In this document: positions 39,009-48,557 of the stretch, piece by piece
Layout: each line of letters opens with the position of its first letter
Numbering within the stretch: position 1 is the first letter of the stretch
IMG/VR virus record: IMGVR_UViG_3300027736_000021
Source: a virus
DNA length: 64,000 bases
Direction: 5' to 3' (one strand)
Notes under the pieces: generated by a model
The model's database searches: none
Told to the model about the DNA's origin: nothing
Seen by the model: the letters and a program-made list of their open reading frames with translations, nothing else
Translations under genes and position numbers: made by a program

Positions 39009-39299
39009 TTATTTTTTATATTTGTCTTGATTAATTTGTAAGGGTGATTTGGTTTCTTTAATCAATTCACCCTCAAATTTATAAGCATCTTTTTTGTGAT
39101 AAAATTCAGCAATAATTTGCCAATCAAATTTATCAAAATTTTTCATTACATATTTGTTTGAAGTAAAATACCTATTACCAAAATCTTGTTCAGCTGGTAA
39201 ATAGTTTTTGAATCGGTAACCTATGTAAAATCTACCTGTATTCCTTTCGGTACACATATAGACATAGGGCTTATTTTTCTTTGAGTGATAAATATTCAC
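39009..39299 (-). CDS. Minimal GIY-YIG (Seg-like) endonuclease
   Basis: PYVY...TGRFYIGYR, YFTS, E..LI..N; GTG start with AAGGA SD. Confidence 0.7.
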   Translation of the reverse strand: MNIYHSKKNKPYVYMCTERNTGRFYIGYRFKNYLPAEQDFGNRYFTSNKYVMKNFDKFDWQIIAEFYHKKDAYKFEGELIKETKSPLQINQDKYKK

Positions 39300-39365
39300 G
39301 CTGGCATTCCTTTACAATGTTAGAGTAGGTGCGAGTTACCGCTCGGCGACCTACACTTATTTATG
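39300..39365 (-). promoter_or_regulatory. Late promoter and structured 5' leader of the GIY-YIG gene
   Basis: CATAAATA then GTAGGT/ACCTAC stem with inner CGAG/CTCG, then CATT/AATG hairpin around SD. Confidence 0.6.
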
Positions 39366-39393
39366 GTAATAGTGGTTTCATATGGTGAGAAAA

Positions 39394-39428
39394 TGTGCGG
39401 TTGCAACAATTTTTGTGCGGTTGCAACA
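39394..39428. repeat. 15-bp direct repeat TGTGCGGTTGCAACA x2 (PhaR-box-like operator)
   Basis: Copies at 39394-39408 and 39414-39428, 20-bp period, TGC-N4-GCA core. Confidence 0.75.
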
Positions 39429-39474
39429 TATATACTCCATATAGATGCTCATTAAGAGGTCTACGGAGAAAAAA

Positions 39475-39618
39475 ATGCTTAATAAAATTTTATCACTATT
39501 CACCATTGACAGGCGATCCATACTAGAAAGTTATATTGCCAGTCGGCAGCCTTTATCTCATGCTGATGTTGAAAGAATGATTAAAGAATTTGAGCGTCAT
39601 AATTCATTCAACTATTAA
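39475..39618 (+). CDS. 47-aa DUF3563-like protein (not in ORF track)
   Basis: LESYIASRQP..ADVERMIKEFER; GGAG SD. Confidence 0.5.
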   Translation: MLNKILSLFTIDRRSILESYIASRQPLSHADVERMIKEFERHNSFNY

Positions 39619-39635
39619 TCACTAAGGATATTACC

Positions 39636-39941
39636 ATGTTTAACCTAAACACCATTCAAGAAACCACCAAGTATTTTGCTGACCAATTTGCTACATACGC
39701 TGTTGCAAAAGATGTGAAAGAATATACCAAGAAAAGCCAAGACTTTACTGTAGCCTTAATTGACGCACAGTATAAGGCAACAGTAGCAACCTTTGATGCG
39801 ATTGGTTCATTTGCAGGTAAAGAATCCACTACATACCTAGATAAAGCAAAGGAAGTAGTAGATACAGTAACAGAAAATGCAAAAGAAATCATTCAAACTG
39901 GCACCCTCAAGAGTTTTGCTAATGTTGGATATAAGAAATAA
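39636..39941 (+). CDS. Phasin-like amphipathic helical protein
   Basis: Ala/Thr/Lys-rich all-helical 101 aa, no Cys, Trp, Pro or Arg; downstream of TGC-N4-GCA boxes. Confidence 0.4.
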   Translation: MFNLNTIQETTKYFADQFATYAVAKDVKEYTKKSQDFTVALIDAQYKATVATFDAIGSFAGKESTTYLDKAKEVVDTVTENAKEIIQTGTLKSFANVGYKK

Positions 39942-40140
39942 CTCACGGAGTTTTAGCCCGGTTGTTCGTAATGGATGGGCAATAAAGTTCTCAGTTTATC
40001 GTGAGGACAATATATTGCTCATCTTTACATCCTGCTTCACAGGCCAAACAATTGTTCGTTATTTCACTAGTGAAGAAGATGCTGTGGAATACATCAATTT
40101 TGTGTGTGAACAAAACCCACAGATGCCGATTGAAGCCTAA
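39922..40140 (+). CDS. Hypothetical protein
   Basis: ORF ending at terminator. Confidence 0.5.
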   Translation: MLDIRNNSRSFSPVVRNGWAIKFSVYREDNILLIFTSCFTGQTIVRYFTSEEDAVEYINFVCEQNPQMPIEA

Positions 40141-40142
40141 CT

Positions 40143-40169
40143 AACCCACCCTCAGGTGGGTTTTTTATT
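40143..40169 (+). terminator. Rho-independent terminator
   Basis: AACCCACC-ctca-GGTGGGTT followed by T run. Confidence 0.85.
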
Positions 40170-40220
40170 GCCTCTAAATAATTATTGTTATTGTATAATG
40201 GTTGATAAAGGAGATATATT

Positions 40221-40448
40221 ATGGTTACCGATGAAGAATTACTTACAATATCAAAAAAAGTAGATGAGTTCCTTTCAACCCTTGCCGTTGAATACCAAAT
40301 CCCTGCACTTGAATTATCGGCAGTTATTCTTGCCCGTTTAATTCTTCTCAATAACGAATTACAAACTCAAAAAGACTTTCGCAATTTGCTTAATGCAATT
40401 GCCGATAAGCCATATCTTGCTGACCCACCAAAGGTAAATGTTCACTAA
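40221..40448 (+). CDS. Hypothetical protein
   Basis: AAGGAG SD, upstream TATAAT. Confidence 0.6.
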   Translation: MVTDEELLTISKKVDEFLSTLAVEYQIPALELSAVILARLILLNNELQTQKDFRNLLNAIADKPYLADPPKVNVH

Positions 40449-40626
40449 TGATTGATCCAATTCTTGCAAATAAAATAAAGGTATGGTATAATGGCCTGTA
40501 TCGTGGTGAAAAATATCTGGTGCTACTAGGCACATTTTTATTCATACTTGCAACTTTACTATGGGTAACAAAAGACTTCACTACACGAGAAACACCTAAG
40601 CCAATCATTCTACAAGGAAAATATTA

Positions 40627-40845
40627 ATGGATGCGAAGAATGTAATTAACCGCATTAAGAACCTAAAAGAGTTTGAGGTGGTTATAGATATACCACCTGA
40701 AGTAATGTTTGATGGCAGTCCAGTACCATTTAATCTACGGGTTGATAGAAACCAAGTAGCAAGTGTAAAGTTATTGGCAGAATCACAACAAGAGGCAGAA
40801 AAGAAAGTAAAAGATTTTTTTGTATCAAAAGGATATTACGAATGA
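40627..40845 (+). CDS. Hypothetical protein
   Basis: Coupled ORF with AGGA SD. Confidence 0.55.
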   Translation: MDAKNVINRIKNLKEFEVVIDIPPEVMFDGSPVPFNLRVDRNQVASVKLLAESQQEAEKKVKDFFVSKGYYE

Positions 40846-41120
40846 CAACATTTACATCTGACGATAGAAAGTCCGCTTATGATCCGGGCCTTAGTTGTGT
40901 TACACCTTCAAGTGCAACAGGCCTAGAAGAAGATTTGGTTGCAGAGGCACCATACCATCCAGGTTATGAAGATGCTGCTATGGCACCACAGAATGATTTT
41001 ACCGTAGTGAATACTAACGAATATCATAAACTATTACAGGAGGTTGCAGAGTTTAGAAAGGCAAATGCCCGTATCATGGCATTTACTAAAACTATTGTTC
41101 AGTCATTTAGAAAAGGTTAA
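40842..41120 (+). CDS. Hypothetical protein
   Basis: ATGA overlap; MTTFTSDDR start. Confidence 0.55.
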   Translation: MTTFTSDDRKSAYDPGLSCVTPSSATGLEEDLVAEAPYHPGYEDAAMAPQNDFTVVNTNEYHKLLQEVAEFRKANARIMAFTKTIVQSFRKG

Positions 41121-41122
41121 AC

Positions 41123-41362
41123 ATGAGCCACGAAGAAGCGAAGTTTAAGCATAGTAAAAGGTTGTTGAAGGATTCAAACGCAATACAGAAGCAGGTGAAG
41201 ATAGCAAAGTCCCATGGTGTGCCGGTTGACAATCCACATATGTTCGCCAAGCACCACGCATTAGATTGTGGGCAACCAAATTGTGTTATGTGTGCTTCAC
41301 CTCGTAAAATATGGGGTGAAGAAACCATCCAAGAAAAGAGGGCAAAACAAAATGACGATTGA
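41123..41362 (+). CDS. Small Cys/His protein
   Basis: HHALDCGQPNCVMC motif. Confidence 0.6.
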   Translation: MSHEEAKFKHSKRLLKDSNAIQKQVKIAKSHGVPVDNPHMFAKHHALDCGQPNCVMCASPRKIWGEETIQEKRAKQNDD

Positions 41363-42146
41363 TAAATCCTACTATTACTCTGCTGAAGAATGGTCACGGT
41401 CAATAGGCTACGGTGAAGTACCAACAGACAGGTCACAACCAATGATCCAATTAGAACTATTTCCTGAATTAAAACCTTCTCAACCCAACCTTTGGACAGA
41501 TATAAAGAATAATATAGAATGAACTGGATTGTATACCTATTAATATTTTGCTTTGCTTATGCATTTGGCTTTGATGCAGGTCGTGACCATGCTCATGTTG
41601 AAGTGATAACAAAACAATGTGAAAAATATGAACCATAACTTTTGGGGTGAACCTGATGATATTGAACCATTGCCCGATTGGATGAGACCTAATCAATCCA
41701 TCCGTAGACCAAGTAAATCTATCACCGATATTATTAATGAAACAATAAGAAAACCTCCGATACCACAGATACCTGATGAACCCATTAACACTCCTGAATA
41801 GTGCCATTGATAGCCTTTGGTACTGGACATACGGCCTTATCGTAGGGTGGGGTGCTTCATTCACCATTGTCCTTGCCCTATTAATCCTTTGCTTCATTAA
41901 AATAATCCGCCTGAATAAACGCTTGACCGACCTCTCCAATCGTGTAGTGGTCAATGAGCGAGAAATGAATTTTCATATCAATGATACTAGAAAAAACAAT
42001 TGAACGCACAGCACAATGGAATAAAGAGACCAATGCATGGCAAATAGAAGAAGCAATGGTCTACCAATGGTATACAAACCAAAACAATCCCAAATCACCC
42101 ATATATAAAAGTTTAACCGATGCATTACAATGGATTATAGCCCACG

Positions 42147-42962
42147 ATGAACACCTATCGTAGTATCTTCATCTCCGATGTCCACCTTGGCACCCGTGAT
42201 TGCCAGGCCGAGAAACTGAATAACTTTCTCAAGCACCACACCTGCGATACTCTATACCTTGTGGGAGATATTATTGATGCATGGAAGATACAACAAAACA
42301 AGTGGCGCTGGAAACAATCTCATTCTAATGTAGTGCGAAGAATCCTTGGCCATGCTAAAAGAGGCACCAGAGTAGTTTATGTTGCAGGTAATCACGATGA
42401 ATTCCTACGACCCATGATACCCTATGGCCTAAGCTTCGGTGCCATACAGATATGTAACCAGACCGAACATATAGATGCCAATGGTAAACGATTACTGGTC
42501 ACTCATGGTGATTTATTTGATGGTATCTCCAAACTTGCACCATGGTTGACCTTCCTCGGTGATAAGTTATATGACATGGTGCTCAATTGGAATTCTACCT
42601 TTAATGCCTTTCGCCGTAAATTTGGCCTAGGTTATTGGTCACTCTCTCGCTACCTCAAATATAAAGTAAAGAGAGCCTCTGATTTTCTACTAGGGTTTGA
42701 AAAGAATATTTCCGAGTATTGTAAAAAGAAAGGCTATGATGGTGTCATTTGTGGGCATATACACCATGCCGAGATAAAAGAAATAGATGGCATATTGTAT
42801 ATGAACGATGGCGATTGGGTAGAATCCTGTACCGCATTAGTAGAAACCCACGAAGGTATATGGAAAATAATACATTGGACAAAGGAAAAGGATGAGAATG
42901 AAGTAACCACCCATGAGAAACAGCAAGAGTGGCTAAAGAATGTCCGAAAGACAGAGTATTAA
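42147..42962 (+). CDS. Metallophosphoesterase, UDP-2,3-diacylglucosamine hydrolase-like (COG2908)
   Basis: FISDVHLG, LVGDIID, GNHD, HGDLFD, CGHIH, NDGDWVES. Confidence 0.88.
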   Translation: MNTYRSIFISDVHLGTRDCQAEKLNNFLKHHTCDTLYLVGDIIDAWKIQQNKWRWKQSHSNVVRRILGHAKRGTRVVYVAGNHDEFLRPMIPYGLSFGAIQICNQTEHIDANGKRLLVTHGDLFDGISKLAPWLTFLGDKLYDMVLNWNSTFNAFRRKFGLGYWSLSRYLKYKVKRASDFLLGFEKNISEYCKKKGYDGVICGHIHHAEIKEIDGILYMNDGDWVESCTALVETHEGIWKIIHWTKEKDENEVTTHEKQQEWLKNVRKTEY

Positions 42963-43185
42963 TATGAATAAAGACCATATTGCAAGACGATCCACCAAGA
43001 TGGCATGGGGTAAGTTTAAAGGAAGAATGATGTCCGAATTGCCAGACTATTACATTGAATGGGCTTGTGTTAATTACTTAGATAGAGGGCAACAAGTAAT
43101 ATTTAAGGAAGAATTAGAGTACCGAAACAATTATTTGAATAAGACACTAAGTCCAAAGTATATGAATAGTAGAAAAAAGTGGTAA
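42940..43185 (+). CDS. Small protein with exonuclease-X C-terminal-like motif
   Basis: MAWGKFKG..MSELPDYYIEW. Confidence 0.55.
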   Translation: MSERQSINMNKDHIARRSTKMAWGKFKGRMMSELPDYYIEWACVNYLDRGQQVIFKEELEYRNNYLNKTLSPKYMNSRKKW

Positions 43186-43204
43186 AAAGTAGCAAAAAGT
43201 GGTA
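43165..43204. repeat. 10-bp-period tandem repeat (AAAAAGT-RGY), phased A-tracts
   Basis: agaaaaaagt ggtaaaaagt agcaaaaagt ggtag. Confidence 0.7.
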
Positions 43205-43227
43205 GAGAACCAACATAGATATCCACC

Positions 43228-43524
43228 ATGCCAGGCGTATATAAAGAGAAACAATGTCCCCAATGTAAAAAACTACACAGAGGGCGAGGGAATTTCTGCT
43301 CGATTTCCTGTGCCAATACTGGTCAAACTAAATCTCCCGAAACTAAACAGAAGCTTGCAGAGAAATCCAGAGAGTATCGCAGAACACCCGAAGGCATTGC
43401 GACCACTAAGGTTATTGCGAGAGTTACAGAGAAACGCCACGCAGGAGTTACTGTATTACCTGATGACGATTGGATAGTAGAAGTCCCCGTAGATAACGAG
43501 GACGATGATGGGTTTAGGCTTTAA
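43228..43524 (+). CDS. Zn-finger plus NUMOD3-like DNA-binding protein
   Basis: CPQC...FCSISC, KSPETKQKL. Confidence 0.6.
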   Translation: MPGVYKEKQCPQCKKLHRGRGNFCSISCANTGQTKSPETKQKLAEKSREYRRTPEGIATTKVIARVTEKRHAGVTVLPDDDWIVEVPVDNEDDDGFRL

Positions 43525-43664
43525 TGCTCTATATTACTAAGTTTCAGAATTTTCATCATAGCATCAATACACTTATATTGCACATCAAAATCCATTGGTG
43601 ATTCTTCAATATGTTTTTTGATTATTCGGATTTGTTCTAATATCTGATACTCGGTCTGATTCAT
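43521..43664 (-). CDS. 47-aa hypothetical protein (not in ORF track)
   Basis: AAGGA SD and its own minus-strand TTGACA-N17-TAGGAT promoter near 43691-43719. Confidence 0.5.
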   Translation of the reverse strand: MNQTEYQILEQIRIIKKHIEESPMDFDVQYKCIDAMMKILKLSNIEH

Positions 43665-43760
43665 AAATTTTCCTTATTCAATATCCAACCATCCTATCAT
43701 AATGGGCAATGGTTGTCAAGCGTATAGTCTACCATTCCGGTCAAGTATTATCCTCAATGG

Positions 43761-43809
43761 AATCAATGACTTAGCGAGGGCTTGACATTTGCCTTGGATC
43801 GTGTATAAT
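43761..43809 (+). promoter_or_regulatory. Early promoter cassette (IHF box plus sigma70)
   Basis: AATCAATGACTTA; TTGACA-N16-TATAAT. Confidence 0.8.
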
Positions 43810-43911
43810 GGTTTACATGATGACAAATAAAGATTTAATTTCTCTCCTCCTGACGGGTACTATGTTGTTCTCGTTTTCTCTTGTAATTTACTTTGTATTG
43901 GTGATAGCTTA

Positions 43912-44199
43912 ATGTTTAATGGTAAAATTCTAGTTAAGACCCGTACCATGGTGCCAGGTTCACATCGTATGGAATCGTATCAGGACACCTGGCAGGACTC
44001 TATTGATATCGCCTATGATGGTGAGTTAACCCCCGAGGTTTGCACCGCTATCATTGAGGCATTCAAAAAGTCCCGCTTTATGGGCAAAGCTCAGAGTGGT
44101 TACGGTGCTTTGCGTTGGAGTAATGGTGACACTATCATTGGTGTAGATAGGGTTAAACGTCAACTAATTTTGGGCTCATCAATGAGCTTGTGTGATTAA
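43912..44199 (+). CDS. Early hypothetical protein
   Basis: Coupled ORF downstream of promoter. Confidence 0.55.
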   Translation: MFNGKILVKTRTMVPGSHRMESYQDTWQDSIDIAYDGELTPEVCTAIIEAFKKSRFMGKAQSGYGALRWSNGDTIIGVDRVKRQLILGSSMSLCD

Positions 44200-44343
44200 T
44201 GAGTGGAATGAAACATTTTTTGGATCAAGTCCAAGAGTTATTAGAGGCTGGCTGTAATGCGGATGTTATCTCGCAGAAGCTGGGTTGTTCATTAGAGATG
44301 GCTGAGCAGGCCATAGAATTTTGGAGTGATTATGCAGAGTAAT

Positions 44344-44670
44344 ATGGATTCAGCGTTACAGGCCTATGCAGAGTACCTAAAGGAATGTTATATGAGCCGT
44401 GGTGCTTCATGGGCAAAAAGTGGCTTTGACCGCCAGTTGGTGGTTGAATTTGATAAGGGCTCGAAGTTTATTAAGGTCATCATTGGCTACAGTACCGATG
44501 GGATTCGTGATACTTCCCGCAGTAGCCATAGCTTTATTGTGCTGAAGTCGGATAAATTCCAGTTTGGCGATATATTGAAGTCCGCCAGTTGGAGGGCGCC
44601 CGCTAAGAATTTTGCCCGTGGTAATGTGCTAGAAAAGTCTTATGGATCAATCAGTTGGTGTGGTGCCTAA
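44344..44670 (+). CDS. Conserved large-phage early protein
   Basis: KFIKV, SHSFIV, GDILKSASWRAPAK.ARGN. Confidence 0.7.
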   Translation: MDSALQAYAEYLKECYMSRGASWAKSGFDRQLVVEFDKGSKFIKVIIGYSTDGIRDTSRSSHSFIVLKSDKFQFGDILKSASWRAPAKNFARGNVLEKSYGSISWCGA

Positions 44671-44672
44671 CC

Positions 44673-44724
44673 TGTTGTTTTTAGGCAACAAAGTGCTTGA
44701 CTTTTACCGTGGTTCGTGTATAAT
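44673..44724 (+). promoter_or_regulatory. Early promoter cassette (palindrome plus sigma70)
   Basis: TGTTG-N8-CAACA; TTGACT-N16-TATAAT. Confidence 0.85.
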
Positions 44725-44760
44725 GGATTTTGTTGAGTTGATAAAAGAAAAGGAATTATT

Positions 44761-45054
44761 ATGACTACATTTAGTATTGTGAATGAATTAAACCTCGCTG
44801 ATAAACGTGCCTTAATTGTTGAATTGAAGGACGCTATCCGAGTTGATTTGATGGCTGCTCGTGTCGCTAAGGCTAAGGCTAAAGAAATTAAAAAGATTGC
44901 TCGTGAAAACAAAGCGTTTGACCGTGCTGCCAAGAAAGCTGCTCGTATTGCTAAGTTGGAAGCTAAACTTGCTTCATTAAAGAGTCCAGTTGGTATCAAA
45001 GCTGTCAAGGCCAATAAGAAACCTTCCAATGTTACCGTTTTGAAGGCTGCTTAA
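44761..45054 (+). CDS. Lys/Ala-rich basic protein (histone-like composition)
   Basis: AKAKAKEIKK, AAKKAARIAK; strong SD; many GCT/CGT codons. Confidence 0.7.
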   Translation: MTTFSIVNELNLADKRALIVELKDAIRVDLMAARVAKAKAKEIKKIARENKAFDRAAKKAARIAKLEAKLASLKSPVGIKAVKANKKPSNVTVLKAA

Positions 45055-45533
45055 TATGGTTACCTATAAAATTTACCTTAGACCTACCAGTGAGCTCTAT
45101 TACACTACCACGAGCCTTATTGACCTTGAGGGCGCTTGCCAACGGCTCGATGCTCTTACTGTTTCCTACTATGTGGTGAGTTAATGAAAATCACCACGGC
45201 TATTCGACAGCTACAGAAGGAGTGCGAATTCCTTGGGCTGTCATTCAATAAGCTTCTAACCGAGCTAGAGAAAGCACCGCTGTCTTTTCCGCTGAGAACC
45301 ATTGAGGCTTATAAAGTGTATAGAATGGAGTTTCCAATTGCGTAAATTAATCAGTACCGAATTTGGTCGCCGAATGAGCACCAATAACGCTCTAGCGGCC
45401 ATGCACCAAGGCGCTAGTATGGGTTTGACCAAGTGGGTCAATAAAGATATACGCAAGGCTGCGGCCACTGGTGACTGGTCAGAATTAGAAGCAAAGGCTA
45501 TGAAACAGCTGACCAAATTTAGGAATGATTTTT

Positions 45534-45833
45534 ATGCGTAGAAAGCGCTCAGACCGTAACCATGTATTGTATCAGCTGACAATCGGTGAGCAGACCTATA
45601 TTGGCCTCACCGCAGCAATTGGTCAGGCTTATCTCCGTTCAGTAAAGGTGAGAGTCCAAAAGCATATGAGTAGAGCCAGAAAAGAGTCCAAGGATTGGGC
45701 AATTTGTGAGGCTCTAAGGTCGGATGAAGCGGTGCAGTATGAGGTCATAGAGGTGGTTCGTGGTCGCAAGGCAGCTCATAGTAGAGAGCGAGAGCTCATA
45801 GCATCGCTGAGTCCTTCTCTCAATACTTTCTAA
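45534..45833 (+). CDS. Small GIY-YIG domain protein
   Basis: VLYQL...TYIGLT, R..KH, ERELI..LN. Confidence 0.7.
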   Translation: MRRKRSDRNHVLYQLTIGEQTYIGLTAAIGQAYLRSVKVRVQKHMSRARKESKDWAICEALRSDEAVQYEVIEVVRGRKAAHSRERELIASLSPSLNTF

Positions 45834-46094
45834 GCTAAAAGCTAAAATCGAATTGAAAACCAATGTAAGGATCCTTAGTATTTGGCTGAGTGCAGTAAGG
45901 GTACCACATGACTTATTTTCGCTGTTTGTTTCAAAGAGTTTCTATTAGTTCCAGCGATAAAACTTTTGGGTTCTGACGCTTCAAAAAAATCCGCGGCCAG
46001 GAAATTTGCCGTGGAAGTCGTTTGCCATTATATACATTTACCTGTGTTTTTGTCTATAATGTGTTACAATGGTTTATTATTAGAGGAGTATTAT

Positions 46095-46319
46095 ATGTTT
46101 ATTCAGTTAAGTAGGTTTGGTAATACCTTTGGAGATACAGAGCCAGTCTTTGTGAATCCTAATACAATTGAGTGTTTTTATCCATTCAAAGATACCTATG
46201 GCGGTCGTGAAGTTGAGGTTACAAAGATTCAGTTTAACCAAGGTCATCTAGTGGTCAAAGAGGATATCGGTACTATTCAGAGTTATATCATCACGGCTCT
46301 TGCTGCTCGTTGGGGTTAA
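46095..46319 (+). CDS. FlbD-like small beta protein
   Basis: MFIQLSR...VFVNPNTIE...TKI...VVKE; GAGGAG SD. Confidence 0.5.
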   Translation: MFIQLSRFGNTFGDTEPVFVNPNTIECFYPFKDTYGGREVEVTKIQFNQGHLVVKEDIGTIQSYIITALAARWG

Positions 46320-46931
46320 CATGACTGAATTTCTACATGAGCTTTATGTGTGGTGGTTAATGTTTATCAACATGGTACAGAATTGGTTCAGATAATGGCA
46401 TACGAAGATAAACGCAGAGGATGGATTCTGGTGGTCTGTGGCCTTCTGATAATATTTGCATTGGTGGTATTATGATAGATAAACAACAGTTAATTGCCAC
46501 CATTATTTGTGGCATACTCATAATCATTGGTATCTCTATCTAATGGAAACCTTTCTAATATCTCTACAAGTAGCCTTTGTGTTTATTATGTGGAAATGGG
46601 CAGAAGAAGCATTTGAAAAAGAACTGAATCATATGGGTTGGTTATACATTGTGGCATCAGCGGGTAATGCGGCCTCTGTGGCGGTTGCACTTGGATTATA
46701 AGGAAAATATGAATACTAAATTACAGAAAATATTGGCGGATGCCAAGATAGGCAAAGCAGAGTTTGATGCAGGAAGTTACTATGTCTGCTCAGAGGGCAC
46801 ACTAGAAACCATTATTAAGTCCGTTGTGGATGCCTGTGCGGATGAAGCACGGAGATATACTTTCAGGAGTAATGGTATATCAGAGGATTATAATGGTACT
46901 ACGAATGTTGAAATTGAAATAAGGAAACTCT

Positions 46932-47273
46932 ATGAAAGTAGTAATTAATTCGGATTACGGTGGGTTTAGTTTGTCGGATGAAGCGATTGAGGCCTATGCG
47001 GAGAGGAAAGGAATTACCCTACGCAAAGAAGAGCGGAACTCGGATTCGGTTCTCTCGAGCGATTATTACCTTGACAATAATGAATGGTTTAATTGCCGTG
47101 AGATTCCAAGGAATGATCCGACATTGGTAGCGGTGATTGAGAAGCTTGGTGTGAAAGCGGATGGCTTCTGTGCTACTCTGAAAGTGGTAGAGATTCCAGA
47201 GGATGTGGATTGGGAAATTGGAGAATACGATGGTAATGAGTGGGTCGCCGAGAAACATAGGACTTGGAGTTAG
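46932..47273 (+). CDS. Conserved phage hypothetical protein
   Basis: KVVIN..YGGFSLS, RNDPTLV, EYDG.EWVAE.HRTW. Confidence 0.75.
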   Translation: MKVVINSDYGGFSLSDEAIEAYAERKGITLRKEERNSDSVLSSDYYLDNNEWFNCREIPRNDPTLVAVIEKLGVKADGFCATLKVVEIPEDVDWEIGEYDGNEWVAEKHRTWS

Positions 47274-47486
47274 GAAACGCCGTGGAAAACCCTGAGAAAA
47301 TAGTAGGTACGAGTGATAGGTTTGATTTAGAGCAAGAAATTTTGCGATGCTGGTCTATCCTTGAAGATATTGAATTGGTGCGAGATAAACCAGAACTAAT
47401 TGATTCTCTAAAGGAAATCTATGAGGCGAAGTTCCAGAGGTGCTTTGATACCTTTACGGAATACTGGCAGGCAGAAAAGTCAAGAA

Positions 47487-47556
47487 AATCAAGAGCTTAG
47501 CGGTGTTGTATGGAAGCAACAGGTGGGCTTGACTTTAGGCATGGTTCGTGTATAAT
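47487..47556 (+). promoter_or_regulatory. Early promoter cassette (IHF box, palindrome, sigma70)
   Basis: AATCAAGAGCTTA; TGTTG-N8-CAACA; TTGACT-N16-TATAAT. Confidence 0.85.
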
Positions 47557-47585
47557 GGATGCATAAATTGAGAAAAGGTTATATT

Positions 47586-47867
47586 ATGTTGAAATTTGAA
47601 AAAGTTGCAAAAGTTGGTGATGTGATTCGTGCTTATGATTTCAAGCCATGTGCTGGTCGTGATGATGCTTTCATTGAAGGAATTGTCGAGCAAACCAATT
47701 GCACCGAGCCTGGTTTTATGTCGTATAAAATTACGGTCACGGCTGATAAGTTTGTGAAGTTTGAAACCAAAGCCAATAAAAAGAATCGGATTGGCAAAAT
47801 CGTATTTGTTCCATATCAGACTAGTTTTATGGAATTTGATTTCCGTGTAATTAATTTATCGGAGTAA
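47586..47867 (+). CDS. Early hypothetical protein (SH3-like)
   Basis: VGDVIRAYDF...FIEG. Confidence 0.6.
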   Translation: MLKFEKVAKVGDVIRAYDFKPCAGRDDAFIEGIVEQTNCTEPGFMSYKITVTADKFVKFETKANKKNRIGKIVFVPYQTSFMEFDFRVINLSE

Positions 47868-48054
47868 TTATGCAAATCGAGCAAGCTATTCAAATTATTC
47901 GGCAGTACCAAGACCAATGGGGTATCAAAGGTCTTTTAGAAACCTTAGAGGAAATGAATTTATGCTTCGATGATTTAAGTTACCAAGAAGCCACGGCATT
48001 TCGTACCTTCATGGCCATGGGTCGTGAATTTTTTGCACCGATAAAGGAAACTGT

Positions 48055-48408
48055 ATGATGTATTCCAAATATTCCGTTGATGAATTACAAGGCTACTATA
48101 GCGATTTTCATAAAGATTTTTATGGGTACCGCCCTCGTGGCTTTGGTACCGAAGAAGATTGGAATAACCGTGATTGGTTAATCTCCAACATTGAAAAAAT
48201 CCATGATGCCATGGATAAAATGAAAGAGACCTTTTCTGGTCGGGAAGAGCTTCGCACCAATGGTTGGGTTATTGAAGAAACCGACCCAGAGTTGGCAAAG
48301 CAAGCGAAGTGGTTGGCTGATGAACGCAAGCGGGAGTATGAAGCGTGGGTTGCCAGCATTGAAAGAAATTATACCGAGGAAAATTCAAGTGTATATTCTG
48401 CCGATTGA
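48055..48408 (+). CDS. Early hypothetical protein
   Basis: YSDFHKDFYGYRPR motif. Confidence 0.65.
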   Translation: MMYSKYSVDELQGYYSDFHKDFYGYRPRGFGTEEDWNNRDWLISNIEKIHDAMDKMKETFSGREELRTNGWVIEETDPELAKQAKWLADERKREYEAWVASIERNYTEENSSVYSAD

Positions 48409-48557
48409 GCATGGACATTTTTATTATCACCTCTCCGTAGAGGAGGAAGATGATAACATTAAGTATTATCATTATGCGGTCAATAAAGAGAACCGCAATA
48501 GAATATTGTTAGATTATAGTCCGTATGATACAATGACACGGATGGCTTTTAGAGAAT

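Noticed and set aside
44673-44690. LexA SOS box
   Set aside because: Conserved arms are TGTTG/CAACA, not CTGT-N8-ACAG
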